Notes: generated by a model from the sequence alone, not told the origin. Counted from the stretch's first letter, positions 41,270 to 51,080 are shown. The stretch: 51,307 bases of DNA from an uncultured archaeon (GCA_964525635.1 CAZGJX010000012.1:1-51307); one strand, 5' to 3'. Made by a program: numbers and translations.

Positions 41270-41749
41270 TTAATCTTTAGTGATAATTTGATTTTTTAGA
41301 AATAACATTTCTACTTTTTGTTCCAGAGTTTTTGATGAAATACCAATTATTTTATCAATAATAGCTCTAAATTCCAGAAATTGTGTCGAATATGAAAAGT
41401 CTCTATAAGTATATCTTGATTTAAATTCATCTATAATTAAATCTAAGACAGGAAGGATTTTTGTTTTTACATTTGTATTAAATTCCTTATGTCTGTTTAA
41501 AATAAAGTAAGCATGGATGTCTGTTTCATCAGAATCAAACGATTGTATTTTATCCCTCCTAAATGCAAAGTTAAATCTATTACTTTCAAAAGATTCTATA
41601 GGTGAAATTAGGATTTCTGCAAAATTTAATATACATGACATTAGCGCACATTTATGAATTAAGTCCACCTCATGTTCGCTTGGATTAATGTAGTTTACTG
41701 TTATTGTGGGAACTCCACCAATGATAATACCTGCTTCATAGATGTGCAT
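41270..41749 (-). CDS. Stand-alone longin-like domain protein
   Basis: Beta-hairpin (IYEAGIII.GVP), helix (CALMSCILNFAE), IESFES, and C-terminal ILDLIIDEFKSRY...FLEFRAIIDKI. Confidence 0.55.
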   Translation of the reverse strand: MHIYEAGIIIGGVPTITVNYINPSEHEVDLIHKCALMSCILNFAEILISPIESFESNRFNFAFRRDKIQSFDSDETDIHAYFILNRHKEFNTNVKTKILPVLDLIIDEFKSRYTYRDFSYSTQFLEFRAIIDKIIGISSKTLEQKVEMLFLKNQIITKD

Positions 41750-42020
41750 AATTGATGAGATATCCTGTATAGATACGATAAATTAAAATAGTTTTATCAA
41801 ACCAATTATAAAATATTATTTTATAAAGTTATCTCTATGGTTAATTTTTTATAAAAAACCTTCTATTTATCTAAATTTAATAAATAATATGATAAAAGTG
41901 ATGATAAAGCTAAAAATCTAAATGATGAGAATTCAATAATTTATAAAAGATTACTTAAAATTAGTAATATCTTGTTGAAATGATATTTAATTTATGTCTT
42001 TTAAATTTAAGATTAATCTC

Positions 42021-43112
42021 CTATTTTAACATATCTTCAATGATGTTATCAATAGGAGAGAAAACCTTAAGGTCACCTTGCCAATTAGAAAGAATTGGAG
42101 AAAAGATATGTTCTATTTTTAAAATAATATTTCTTAATATAAATTGATGTGATCTAAGAATTTCATCACTGATTAATACTCCATATAAATACTTACCAGA
42201 ATGAATTATAATTTTTTTATCTTTTCGTTCAATTAACGATATACCATTACTATCTGTTATATTCTCTAAAATCATTTCTACACTAACAATACCACCTGAT
42301 TTTAATGAACTTTCCAAATAATTTGTCTCAGATCTAAAATGTTTATAATATATTAGTAAACCTGATTTAAGAATTATATAAAAAGATACAAGTCTTTTTT
42401 TCCAATATAATTCTGAGAGAGAAGGTATTTCCGAAAAGAAAATAAATAAAAAAATTGCTCCTATTATTTGGAGGATATTTCCAATAAATCTATAAAAAAG
42501 ATAATATTCAAATATAGTAAGTAATCTTATTAATACATATCCTATAATAATAGAAGACAAGCCTATGATAAATTTAAGAAACATCATTTTAGTCTTTCTT
42601 ACTTCTCCCTTAATATAATAATTTTTATATAAATCTCTATAATGAAATATAATATATATTATAAAAATTGTCCAAAACGAGCTTGAAATAATGATTGCTA
42701 ATTCAATTTTTAAAAACCAAATAAATAAATAAATAATAATAAAGATGGAATAACTTATAGAGAATATATATTTTTTATAAATTAAATGCTTTTTTTCCGT
42801 TGCAGAGATAAAAAATAAAGCTGCTAAAACTAATATGAAAAAACCAATCTTCAAAATATGCTCCCTTAAGATATTTTGAGTGATATAATGATCTCCAATA
42901 ATTAAAAACATCCACATAAGAGAATACCCAAGTGATAAATAAATATATCCAATCTCTCCATAAGTCGTTGTCTCTTTTTCTTTTTTTTTTAATTTAATTG
43001 CCAAAAAAATTGATAATTCTAATATAATAAAGAAAACCAACCATTCTAGAATTAGAAAAGGTTCCTTTAAATTTCCAAAAAGAGGAAACATTTCTATTAT
43101 CATTTTAATCAT
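42021..43112 (-). CDS. ~7-TM membrane protein with C-terminal longin-like domain
   Basis: TM bundle followed by FYIILKSGLLIYYKHF...SGGIVSVEMIL...IEHIF..ILSNW.GDLKVF. Confidence 0.65.
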   Translation of the reverse strand: MIKMIIEMFPLFGNLKEPFLILEWLVFFIILELSIFLAIKLKKKEKETTTYGEIGYIYLSLGYSLMWMFLIIGDHYITQNILREHILKIGFFILVLAALFFISATEKKHLIYKKYIFSISYSIFIIIYLFIWFLKIELAIIISSSFWTIFIIYIIFHYRDLYKNYYIKGEVRKTKMMFLKFIIGLSSIIIGYVLIRLLTIFEYYLFYRFIGNILQIIGAIFLFIFFSEIPSLSELYWKKRLVSFYIILKSGLLIYYKHFRSETNYLESSLKSGGIVSVEMILENITDSNGISLIERKDKKIIIHSGKYLYGVLISDEILRSHQFILRNIILKIEHIFSPILSNWQGDLKVFSPIDNIIEDMLK

Positions 43113-43132
43113 TATTCATCTATTATTATTAA

Positions 43133-44263
43133 TTATCCGATAAAATTTCTAATATATTTGTCAAAACCTATAAAAATTTTCTTTTTATCTTCCAATGAAA
43201 GATTTGTATTTGATAAAATACTCTTATAAGATTTTTGAAAATTCTTTTTAATGGAATTTAGGAAAAAACTAATACTATTCATATCCTCTAATGCGATTAT
43301 ACAATATAATATATTATTAAATGAATTATCTCCATGTTTAGTAAATATTATTTGATTTCCATGTGTAATTTTCTGAATACTCTCATTTTTATCAATAAAA
43401 TCAGAAATAAAATCCTCAATATCTGATATTCCTTTCGAGAAGAATAATTTTTTTATATCAATTTTGGCTGGATATTCATTAGATTCATATAATATGACTT
43501 TTTTTTCATTTGATGGGTTATAGAAATAAATAATTTCATTTTTCTCTGTATCAACAATAAATAATTCAATAAATTTTTCTTGCCAGTTAAATTCTAAAAG
43601 AATTGGAAATCTATAGACACCAAATAATATAATTAATAAACCAATTAACATTAGAGGGATTGTTATAAATTCAATTAGAATTTGATTTGTTTCTGAAAGA
43701 AATCTAATAAATTCGTCTGCTCGGAAAATAACTGATCCTAATAAAACTATAAATCCAATCAAGATCAGAAAAATTCTTTTTTTTGCTTTTCCATGTATAT
43801 TTTTTATAAGGTTAAAATTAGAATATATTAGATAACTCGCACCAATAGCAATACTAATCAATATTATCAATAACTCTAAATCTTTTGATCTAATAAAAAT
43901 TAAGACTATTAAAAAAATAGTAGCAGTAATAATTACACTTCTTGTTATCCATATATTTATAACTTCATTGAATGATTTTGTGTAAATCACAGATAAAAAT
44001 GAAAGCGTTCCGAAAGCAATGATAATATGCGATGATTTATAAAAGAAATAATTTATAAAAATATCATCAATATAATAATTTCTAATTGTCCTAATCAACA
44101 CTGCACTGATTCCAAATGCTGCTAATAAACTGTAAGCAATCAAAAGTTTATTCAAAGGGATATTTTTATCTTTTACTTTTTGATATTGATAAAATAAATA
44201 AAAACTAATTTCATATCCTATGAAGACTGCAACAAATAAAAAAGGCAGGTAGTACTCTCTCAA
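43133..44263 (-). CDS. ~7-TM membrane protein with C-terminal longin-like domain (start uncertain)
   Basis: TM bundle followed by LFIVD...FSKGISDIEDFI...ITHGN..I...FFLNSIKKNF. Confidence 0.65.
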   Translation of the reverse strand: MREYYLPFLFVAVFIGYEISFYLFYQYQKVKDKNIPLNKLLIAYSLLAAFGISAVLIRTIRNYYIDDIFINYFFYKSSHIIIAFGTLSFLSVIYTKSFNEVINIWITRSVIITATIFLIVLIFIRSKDLELLIILISIAIGASYLIYSNFNLIKNIHGKAKKRIFLILIGFIVLLGSVIFRADEFIRFLSETNQILIEFITIPLMLIGLLIILFGVYRFPILLEFNWQEKFIELFIVDTEKNEIIYFYNPSNEKKVILYESNEYPAKIDIKKLFFSKGISDIEDFISDFIDKNESIQKITHGNQIIFTKHGDNSFNNILYCIIALEDMNSISFFLNSIKKNFQKSYKSILSNTNLSLEDKKKIFIGFDKYIRNFIG

Positions 44264-44755
44264 TCTCTTTTAACCAATAACTCCATTATTCCATTTAATT
44301 TTATATAATTTTTTATTAAAAATCATTTCTAATTTTACAGATTTCTATAATACAATTTTCTGTTTGGATATATAAATCTTTCTTTATGAACTATAGGAGT
44401 TTAATAGATAAAATATAAAAATACAATTTTATATTGAAAATTAGAAATTGATATTCAATTAGAAAAAAGCATAATTATGATATTATATAAATAAAATTAA
44501 TATATCTATTTGGTAATTTATATCAGATTTAAGTAATTATTTAACTTATCTCCTCATGCTTAAAGGTTTTTCATTTTTTTTTTTATTGATAAAATATTTG
44601 TTCATACTATTTTAATAAATTAACCATACAATGAAAGAATTTCAGCATCTATAATATTAGCTAAACATTTATATATTATTATCCATAAGAAATAATAAGA
44701 ATGTTAAGAGAAAAAGATTATTAACTAAAAATAATTCACTTTTTATAGAAATATT

Positions 44756-45904
44756 ATGTTATCTTTTTGGGATCATAAAGCTGATATCTTGATTAAGGGA
44801 GACAAACTAAGAGAGATATATCCAATTCAGGATAGAATCTATAATGATGAAAATGGTTTTACTCATTATGTATTTAGTAAGTTGATATTTAATAATCCTA
44901 AATTTAAAACTCCGAAAAATGAATATGAACTATTTAAGAAATTTCTTGATGGGGGATCAAGAAGTTACCCCTCTGATGGAAATATTCCTTTAGATATTGT
45001 TGCCACAGAAGCGAGAATTATCATACATGAAATTATGAGGATTTATTCGGATATAAATAATCCATATTATGAAGAAGCATGCCAAGTCCTTAAAAATGGT
45101 AAATATGAAATAGTCAGAGGTTGTGTTAAAATATATCTCAAGAAATATACAACAAGAGATTGGCGAAGAAAAAGATTTACAGATGATATTGATTTTTGGA
45201 TTTTTAAACTTAATTTATTTGAATATGTTCTTAAAAAGAATGGATGGCATAAAAATAAAGGAACTAAGGAATGGGAAAAATCCATTGAATGGAATGATTA
45301 TGAGACAAATCAGAAAAGATCAGGAACCTTAATCGCATCTAACGACTTAGATCAACGTATAGATTTTACGAATGGATCTCATCTTGAAGGGACGCAACTA
45401 AAGAATATATTTAAAAAGAAATTAATAAGAGGTCATGATGTTGATCTCAGTGATATTATAAATGTTGCTATGGTACAAAATAAGCTAAATGAAGAACCAA
45501 ATTCCGAATGGATTGCTACCTTAGGCGCAATTGAAGAATCTGCAAATACCAGAGATTCTAGAATTATTTCAAATTTTATTTCTCTCTGTAGACATGCTTA
45601 TGCTATATGTGATTACCTTGAACTAGTTGGTAATGCTTTAAGAAAATATTATAAACTTATATTTGACAAATTGGAATATTCTAATGAAGACCTAAGACGA
45701 ATATGTAGATATTCTCCTCATTGGATGGGATATCTAATTAATAATGGTCCAGAAGCTACACGTTCTATGATTTATTCCTATTTAATCAAACAACAAAATA
45801 TGAAATATCTTTATTCTCAAAATTTAAGAGATTTTACTGATAATGTGTTAAAAATTCTAAATACTAAATTTACTCACGTAAAAATCTTGTTTGAAATTAA
45901 TTAA
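44756..45904 (+). CDS. Pol-beta-superfamily nucleotidyltransferase-like protein (AbiEii/DUF6036-like motifs)
   Basis: RFTDDIDFW (RxTxDxD) and KKLIRGHDVDLSDI (K...R..D..D). Confidence 0.6.
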   Translation: MLSFWDHKADILIKGDKLREIYPIQDRIYNDENGFTHYVFSKLIFNNPKFKTPKNEYELFKKFLDGGSRSYPSDGNIPLDIVATEARIIIHEIMRIYSDINNPYYEEACQVLKNGKYEIVRGCVKIYLKKYTTRDWRRKRFTDDIDFWIFKLNLFEYVLKKNGWHKNKGTKEWEKSIEWNDYETNQKRSGTLIASNDLDQRIDFTNGSHLEGTQLKNIFKKKLIRGHDVDLSDIINVAMVQNKLNEEPNSEWIATLGAIEESANTRDSRIISNFISLCRHAYAICDYLELVGNALRKYYKLIFDKLEYSNEDLRRICRYSPHWMGYLINNGPEATRSMIYSYLIKQQNMKYLYSQNLRDFTDNVLKILNTKFTHVKILFEIN

Positions 45905-46063
45905 TAAATATATCTTATTATCTTAATTATCCCTTTATTTTACTCTATTTTAAAGAAAATTAACCAAAAATCATTTTATTTAACTTTATAATTTTATTCT
46001 TATTATATCTTTTTTTATAGAATTTCGAAAAATAATTAGGTTGAAAAAAAAAAAAAGAAGAAT

Positions 46064-47515
46064 TTAATAGTCTTTTCCAGATACACCATCTTTATCAAGA
46101 GAATGTATAGTTTTCCAAATTACTTCTTGATCATCCGCATCAAATTTATCCCCAAAACCATAGTGAGTCCACTCATAGTCCATTACAGAGAATTTTTGGA
46201 AGCGTGTATCACCAGTTACCCCATATATATGAGCTAATTCGTGCATTATTACACTATAGGTTCCAATAAATTTAAACGGATCAAGATTTATATCGCCAAT
46301 CCGGAATGGGCGCCCAAGAAGAGAATAATCCCATCTTTCATATTCAGTTTTTTCAAGATTAATAATAATAGAGCTAATTCCTCCTTGTGTAGCTACATGA
46401 ACCGTCCCAAAATCCCATATGAATAATACCAAAATATCAAAATAATATCCATGACCTTCCCCCGGAGGAAGTAGACACTGACCACTATTCCAATTAATTG
46501 GTGCTTCATTTTCCCAATCTCTATATTGTGCTAGGCTTGGTGGTGACTCAACATTATGTCCATCCTCATCATAAACCAGCCAATCGTCTGTAGTTTTTGT
46601 ATAAAATTTTATTGGAAAATATTGACCATAACCATGGTTAAGTGCATAATAAACAGAATCTGCCAATGATGAGGGTGATTTTCCTATTCGTGTCAAATAA
46701 TTTTTTACATTGGAATCATATGCGATTTTAACATCTACCTCTACATCACCTACTTTAATTACATCAGATGTAGCACTTTCCCAGATCTTCTCATCATTCA
46801 CGCCTCCAGAATTACTACCAAAATTGGCGTAATTTATGATTTTAAAACGGTAATCTCCTTTTGGGGCTACAACAGTATTTTGAGCTTTCATAGTATATGA
46901 TTTAAGTCCTATTCCAGTTAAAGTAGCATTTTTTTGAAAAGGACCGCCTTTATATGAGCAGAAAACCTCGGAATATTCATTATATCCTGTAGGATGATTT
47001 TCATTTGTCCAATATAATGTAATAGATCCTCCATACCATAGCTTATTGTCTAAAGGATATACTACTAATTTGTTATATACTTGTAAATAACCACGTTCGC
47101 CATATGCAATATCGACATATACATTTCCATATTGAATATATCCCCCGCTCCCTCCTATTGGTATGTAATGGTAATATCTTGTTAAGACCTTAAACCTATA
47201 TAATCCCGCTTCTAGAGCTTCATAATTATACGATCGACTTCCTACTCCTGATACTATCGTTATATACTGGTATCCCCCACCATTAATAGATCTATATACA
47301 AGTGATTCTTCATATTTTTCATCTCCCATTTCAGGTACAGACCATGTTAGAGTGACTGTATCTCCAACATTCATAGAACTTTTATTAATGTTCAAAGTAA
47401 AGGTGCCTAAAGCAGAGCTATTTTGGACTAAAAATATATTGGTAATACAAAAAATATTCAATACCAATATAATTAGCATTAGTCTAGATTTATATTTTTT
47501 CAAATTCATTATCAT
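46064..47515 (-). CDS. Secreted zinc metalloprotease with two FN3/Ig-like domains
   Basis: Signal peptide ending SSA; repeated VTLTW...VY.S..GG...Y.FK units; HELAHIYG and SVM Met-turn. Confidence 0.75.
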   Translation of the reverse strand: MIMNLKKYKSRLMLIILVLNIFCITNIFLVQNSSALGTFTLNINKSSMNVGDTVTLTWSVPEMGDEKYEESLVYRSINGGGYQYITIVSGVGSRSYNYEALEAGLYRFKVLTRYYHYIPIGGSGGYIQYGNVYVDIAYGERGYLQVYNKLVVYPLDNKLWYGGSITLYWTNENHPTGYNEYSEVFCSYKGGPFQKNATLTGIGLKSYTMKAQNTVVAPKGDYRFKIINYANFGSNSGGVNDEKIWESATSDVIKVGDVEVDVKIAYDSNVKNYLTRIGKSPSSLADSVYYALNHGYGQYFPIKFYTKTTDDWLVYDEDGHNVESPPSLAQYRDWENEAPINWNSGQCLLPPGEGHGYYFDILVLFIWDFGTVHVATQGGISSIIINLEKTEYERWDYSLLGRPFRIGDINLDPFKFIGTYSVIMHELAHIYGVTGDTRFQKFSVMDYEWTHYGFGDKFDADDQEVIWKTIHSLDKDGVSGKDY

Positions 47516-47579
47516 TTCACTCCTTATGAAATCTTAATAAATATATTAAGGGAAGATATTATACATGAATATATAAATA

Positions 47580-47643
47580 GGATCAGGACTAATTTTAAAC
47601 AAATTTTTTACTTATAAAGGGATCAGGACCAATTTTAGACAAA
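47580..47643. promoter_or_regulatory. Two 24-bp direct repeats with 40-bp period, candidate operator
   Basis: GGATCAGGACTAATTTTAAACAAA (47580) and GGATCAGGACCAATTTTAGACAAA (47620). Confidence 0.55.
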
Positions 47644-47892
47644 AATAAGATAAAAAAAATTATATTTTTAAAATAATAGAGAAATATATTACGAATTAAG
47701 ACACATTCTATTGAGGTCATGATCCATTCAAAAATACACATAATGGTTGCATCATAACATATAGAAGTTACTACTTCTATTGTGAATAAAAGATGTTCCT
47801 TAAAAGAAATATATAGATTATAGATAATATATATAGTATCTTTATATATCTCATTTTATTCAATATATTAGGAATCTAATGAGAGGATTAGT

Positions 47893-48372
47893 TTGAGAAA
47901 GCGAAATTCAAAGAGGAGAATCAAAAAGTGTTATTTCCACCCTAAAAAAAGGAGAAAATCTCTATGTAAGTTTTGTGGAAAACCAATCTGTAAAAAATGT
48001 GAGAAAATTGGTTTAAAATCTTATAAAAATAAAAAAGATAGCTTTTGTCCGTTATGTTATTATGAAGAAGAAATAAATAAATGGGAATCTAAAAAACCAG
48101 TTAAATTTAAGATATCTTTTATTAAATGGTTTTTCAAGATGAATTTATTAATAGATGAATTTTTTGTTACTTTTATACTCATATTGCTTTTTACAGAATA
48201 TAATGAATATTATTATTTTTATAATATCTTAGTCTTCCTGATTTGGATATTTACATACTTAATATTGTATTATTTTGGAAAAGATGGATATAGATTAACA
48301 TATTTATATTATCTCAAAAAGAAAAAAGAATTGCTTGATAAGAGAGTTGAGAAAAATTTTAGGATATTTTGA
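47893..48372 (+). CDS. B-box-like zinc finger membrane protein
   Basis: CYFHP...CKFCGKPICKKC...CPLC followed by two TM segments. Confidence 0.75.
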   Translation: MRKRNSKRRIKKCYFHPKKRRKSLCKFCGKPICKKCEKIGLKSYKNKKDSFCPLCYYEEEINKWESKKPVKFKISFIKWFFKMNLLIDEFFVTFILILLFTEYNEYYYFYNILVFLIWIFTYLILYYFGKDGYRLTYLYYLKKKKELLDKRVEKNFRIF

Positions 48373-48496
48373 TGATTTATATAAGATTTCCAACATTGGA
48401 CTGGTACAACATAGTTATATGGTAAGTCTGAGGATACCATCCATCAATATCTTATTAAAATGAAATAGTCTTTATTTCCATAAATTTATTAAGCGT

Positions 48497-48620
48497 AAGA
48501 AAAAAAGAGAAGAAGAAATTAAAGTTCGGATTACGAATGAAAAGGGGAGATTCTATTAAATGATTTCATCATTTAAGAGAAGGCGAAATCCAATTTTATA
48601 TTCCAAACATCAACTCCTTC
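48497..48620 (-). ncRNA. Putative structured small RNA, copy 1
   Basis: TTTATATG box at 48643-48650; terminal stem pairing 21 of 23 positions; 9-bp apical hairpin; pyrimidine tail; homologous to copy 2. Confidence 0.65.
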
Positions 48621-48797
48621 CTTTGATATTAATCTTAGTTCGCATATAAATATGCTTGTATTATATATAAAAATACAGAATTATTAATTTATCCTAGTCC
48701 AATCTTTATTTCTTCTAAAAAAAAGAAAAATAGTATTCTAATAAGATTAAATCTTGAATCTTTTTTCTTTTACTTAATTATATTTAAGAAAATTTAT

Positions 48798-48920
48798 AAG
48801 AAAGAAAGAGGAGAAAGAGCTAAAATTCGAATATAATGAAAAGGGAGAGAAAAATTAAACTTTTTTTAGTTTAATAGAGGGCGAAATCCAATGTTAAATT
48901 TCGAATTTTTTTACTCATTC
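48798..48920 (-). ncRNA. Putative structured small RNA, copy 2
   Basis: TTTATATG box at 48942-48949; terminal stem and apical hairpin with compensatory changes; conserved bubble sequences. Confidence 0.65.
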
Positions 48921-49046
48921 TAATAATATAGTCAGAATTAACATATAAATATTCATCTATTATGGATTATACAGAATGGATAAATTCATTATCTTAAAGT
49001 TTTATTATTTTTTTAATAAATCTTAGATGACAAAAGCCATTAGATT

Positions 49047-51080
49047 TTAATTATCTTTTTTACCATCGATTATTTCAGTAGTAAACTTAGCCTGGCATTG
49101 TTCCAAGTCATTTATTGCATTAGAATAAATTTCTTTTAAGCCATAATTATTTGATTCTTTAATAACTTCATTAAATAAATTAATTGTTTCTTCTGTATAT
49201 TGTTCATTATCCAGTTTTAATTTCGCAAAATTATATAATTTCTTTATTTCCTTTTTTTTCTCTATTTTTATATTTTCTCTACAGAAATCTATATTTCTTA
49301 AAGCATCGTTATATAGATCTAAAAGGTCATTTTTTTTTGATTCCTGAGCTATTAATTCAAGCAGTTCAATTGTGTTTTTGGTATAAAGCTTATTTTTAAT
49401 CTTCTTTAGAGCTTTAATATATAGTTTTATTATTTCTTTTTTTTTATAAGGTATAGATTCTCTTTTTTTTTCACTTTTAACCTTATTATTTTTTAAATAA
49501 AGCCGATATGAGCCATATAATGAAATAAGAATAATTATTGGGGTTACAACTGCTATTGTGATTATAAATGGCATCTGATTTGGATTATTTAAAGAGTTTG
49601 TTGGATCGGTATGGTATATAAAAAGTTCTTCATAATCAGAAAATCCATCTCCATCTGTATCGGCTTTATTTGGATCTGTTCCATATATATTTTCTGTATA
49701 TTTAGATAACATATCAAAATCAGCATCAATATTTTTTTGATTCTTCATTCTATTAAAAGTTGTATCTCCTGAAAAACCTTGCCAATAAATTCTTTTACCT
49801 GATTGTACAGGATTTAGACAAATTATTTTTGATGTTACTATTATAACTTCAAGTTTTCCATCACCATCCAGATCCCCTAAAGAAGGAGGAGAATTTACAT
49901 TATCTGCAGTTGTATAATTCCAAGCTAATGTACCATCTTCTCCATTTAAGACATGTAAAACATCATCAATTCCTGATATAATTTCGAGCTTTCCATCTCC
50001 ATCTAAATCCCCTAATGCAGGTGAAGATCCTACAATCCCACTTGAGTTATAAATCCAAGCTAGACTTTTATCCTCACAATTAATAGCATATAAATTTTCA
50101 TTCGAATATGAAAAAGTTGTTTTTAACCCTCCCACAATTAATTCAAATTTTCTATCTCCATCTATATCACCAATAATTGGTATACTTGGTATGATATCCA
50201 GATAAGGATAATAATCTAAATCTCCATCGTCCCCATTAATTATAACTATGCATCCCAAAGGTGGGTTCTCTGGAATTCCACCAATTAGCACCGATCCTCC
50301 AACGGCTATATCCAACTTTCTATCAGCATCTATATCTACTATAATAGGAGAAGATGTCAAAAATATAATATCTAGGTTATAATTCCAAGCTAATGAACCA
50401 TCCTCTCCATTTAAAACATGTAAAACATTATCAACTCCTATTATAATTTCGAGCTTTCCATCATTATCTATATCCCCTAAAGCAGGAGAATAAGTTACAG
50501 CATCACCTGTTGTATAATTCCAATTAAGTGTTCCATCCTCACCATTAATAGCATATATATTACAATCATTACTTCCTACGACAACTTCTAGCTTTCCATC
50601 ATTATCTATATCCCCTAAAGCAGGAGAAGAAGTTACAACATCACCTGTTGTATAATTCCAATTAAGTGTTCCATCCTCACCATTAATAGCATATATATTA
50701 CAATCATTACTTCCTACGACAACTTCTAGCTTTCCATCATTATCTATATCCCCTAAAGCAGGAGAAGAAGTTACAACATCACCTGTTGTATAATTCCAAT
50801 TAAGTGTTCCATCTTCGCCGTTAATAGCATATATATTACAATCATTACTTCCTACTATCACTTCTAGCTTTCCATCATTATCTATATCACCTAAAGCAGG
50901 AGAAGATTTAGTATTTTCTCCTAAATCAAACTCCCATAATAAATTTACGTTCTGAGAATTGTGTAATTTATTTATTTCATATACATTCTTATAATTATAT
51001 TGATTATAATAAGTGAAATTAAAAATAATAATAAAAAATATAAATAATCCAATTTTGAGCATTTTGATTGCATATTTCAT
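49047..51080 (-). CDS. FG-GAP repeat beta-propeller surface protein with TSP3-like Ca repeats, TM anchor and cytosolic helical repeats
   Basis: SSPALGDIDNDGKLE-type repeats, about seven; DTDGDGFSD; TM IITIAVVTPIIILISL. Confidence 0.88.
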   Translation of the reverse strand: MKYAIKMLKIGLFIFFIIIFNFTYYNQYNYKNVYEINKLHNSQNVNLLWEFDLGENTKSSPALGDIDNDGKLEVIVGSNDCNIYAINGEDGTLNWNYTTGDVVTSSPALGDIDNDGKLEVVVGSNDCNIYAINGEDGTLNWNYTTGDVVTSSPALGDIDNDGKLEVVVGSNDCNIYAINGEDGTLNWNYTTGDAVTYSPALGDIDNDGKLEIIIGVDNVLHVLNGEDGSLAWNYNLDIIFLTSSPIIVDIDADRKLDIAVGGSVLIGGIPENPPLGCIVIINGDDGDLDYYPYLDIIPSIPIIGDIDGDRKFELIVGGLKTTFSYSNENLYAINCEDKSLAWIYNSSGIVGSSPALGDLDGDGKLEIISGIDDVLHVLNGEDGTLAWNYTTADNVNSPPSLGDLDGDGKLEVIIVTSKIICLNPVQSGKRIYWQGFSGDTTFNRMKNQKNIDADFDMLSKYTENIYGTDPNKADTDGDGFSDYEELFIYHTDPTNSLNNPNQMPFIITIAVVTPIIILISLYGSYRLYLKNNKVKSEKKRESIPYKKKEIIKLYIKALKKIKNKLYTKNTIELLELIAQESKKNDLLDLYNDALRNIDFCRENIKIEKKKEIKKLYNFAKLKLDNEQYTEETINLFNEVIKESNNYGLKEIYSNAINDLEQCQAKFTTEIIDGKKDN
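50451..50908. repeat. Near-identical 138-bp intragenic tandem repeat (~3.3 copies)
   Basis: AGCAGGAGAA recurs at 50481, 50619, 50757 and 50895. Confidence 0.9.

Noticed and set aside
47580-47643. Mini-CRISPR array
   Set aside because: Only two units with a 16-bp spacer, and no cas genes in the window.
48380-48470. Possible gene remnant (FQHWTGTT*LYGKSEDTIHQYL)
   Set aside because: Too short to assign without a search.
48520-48600. SECIS, hammerhead or C/D-box reading of the duplicated element
   Set aside because: The plus-strand AUGA is followed by purines that cannot form the SECIS stem. There is no CUGAUGA core, and the AUGAUGA in copy 1 is absent from copy 2.
48497-48950. Short peptides encoded in the duplicated element
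   Set aside because: Start codons and frames are not shared between the copies (e.g. MSKKIRNLTLDFALY only in copy 2).
1435-49399. Short overlapping or antisense ORFs in the track (e.g. 1435, 2884, 3985, 6800, 8781, 9533, 9835, 11672, 21556, 22557, 26008, 45067, 49184)
   Set aside because: They overlap well-supported genes or are low-complexity AT-rich reading frames with no motifs.
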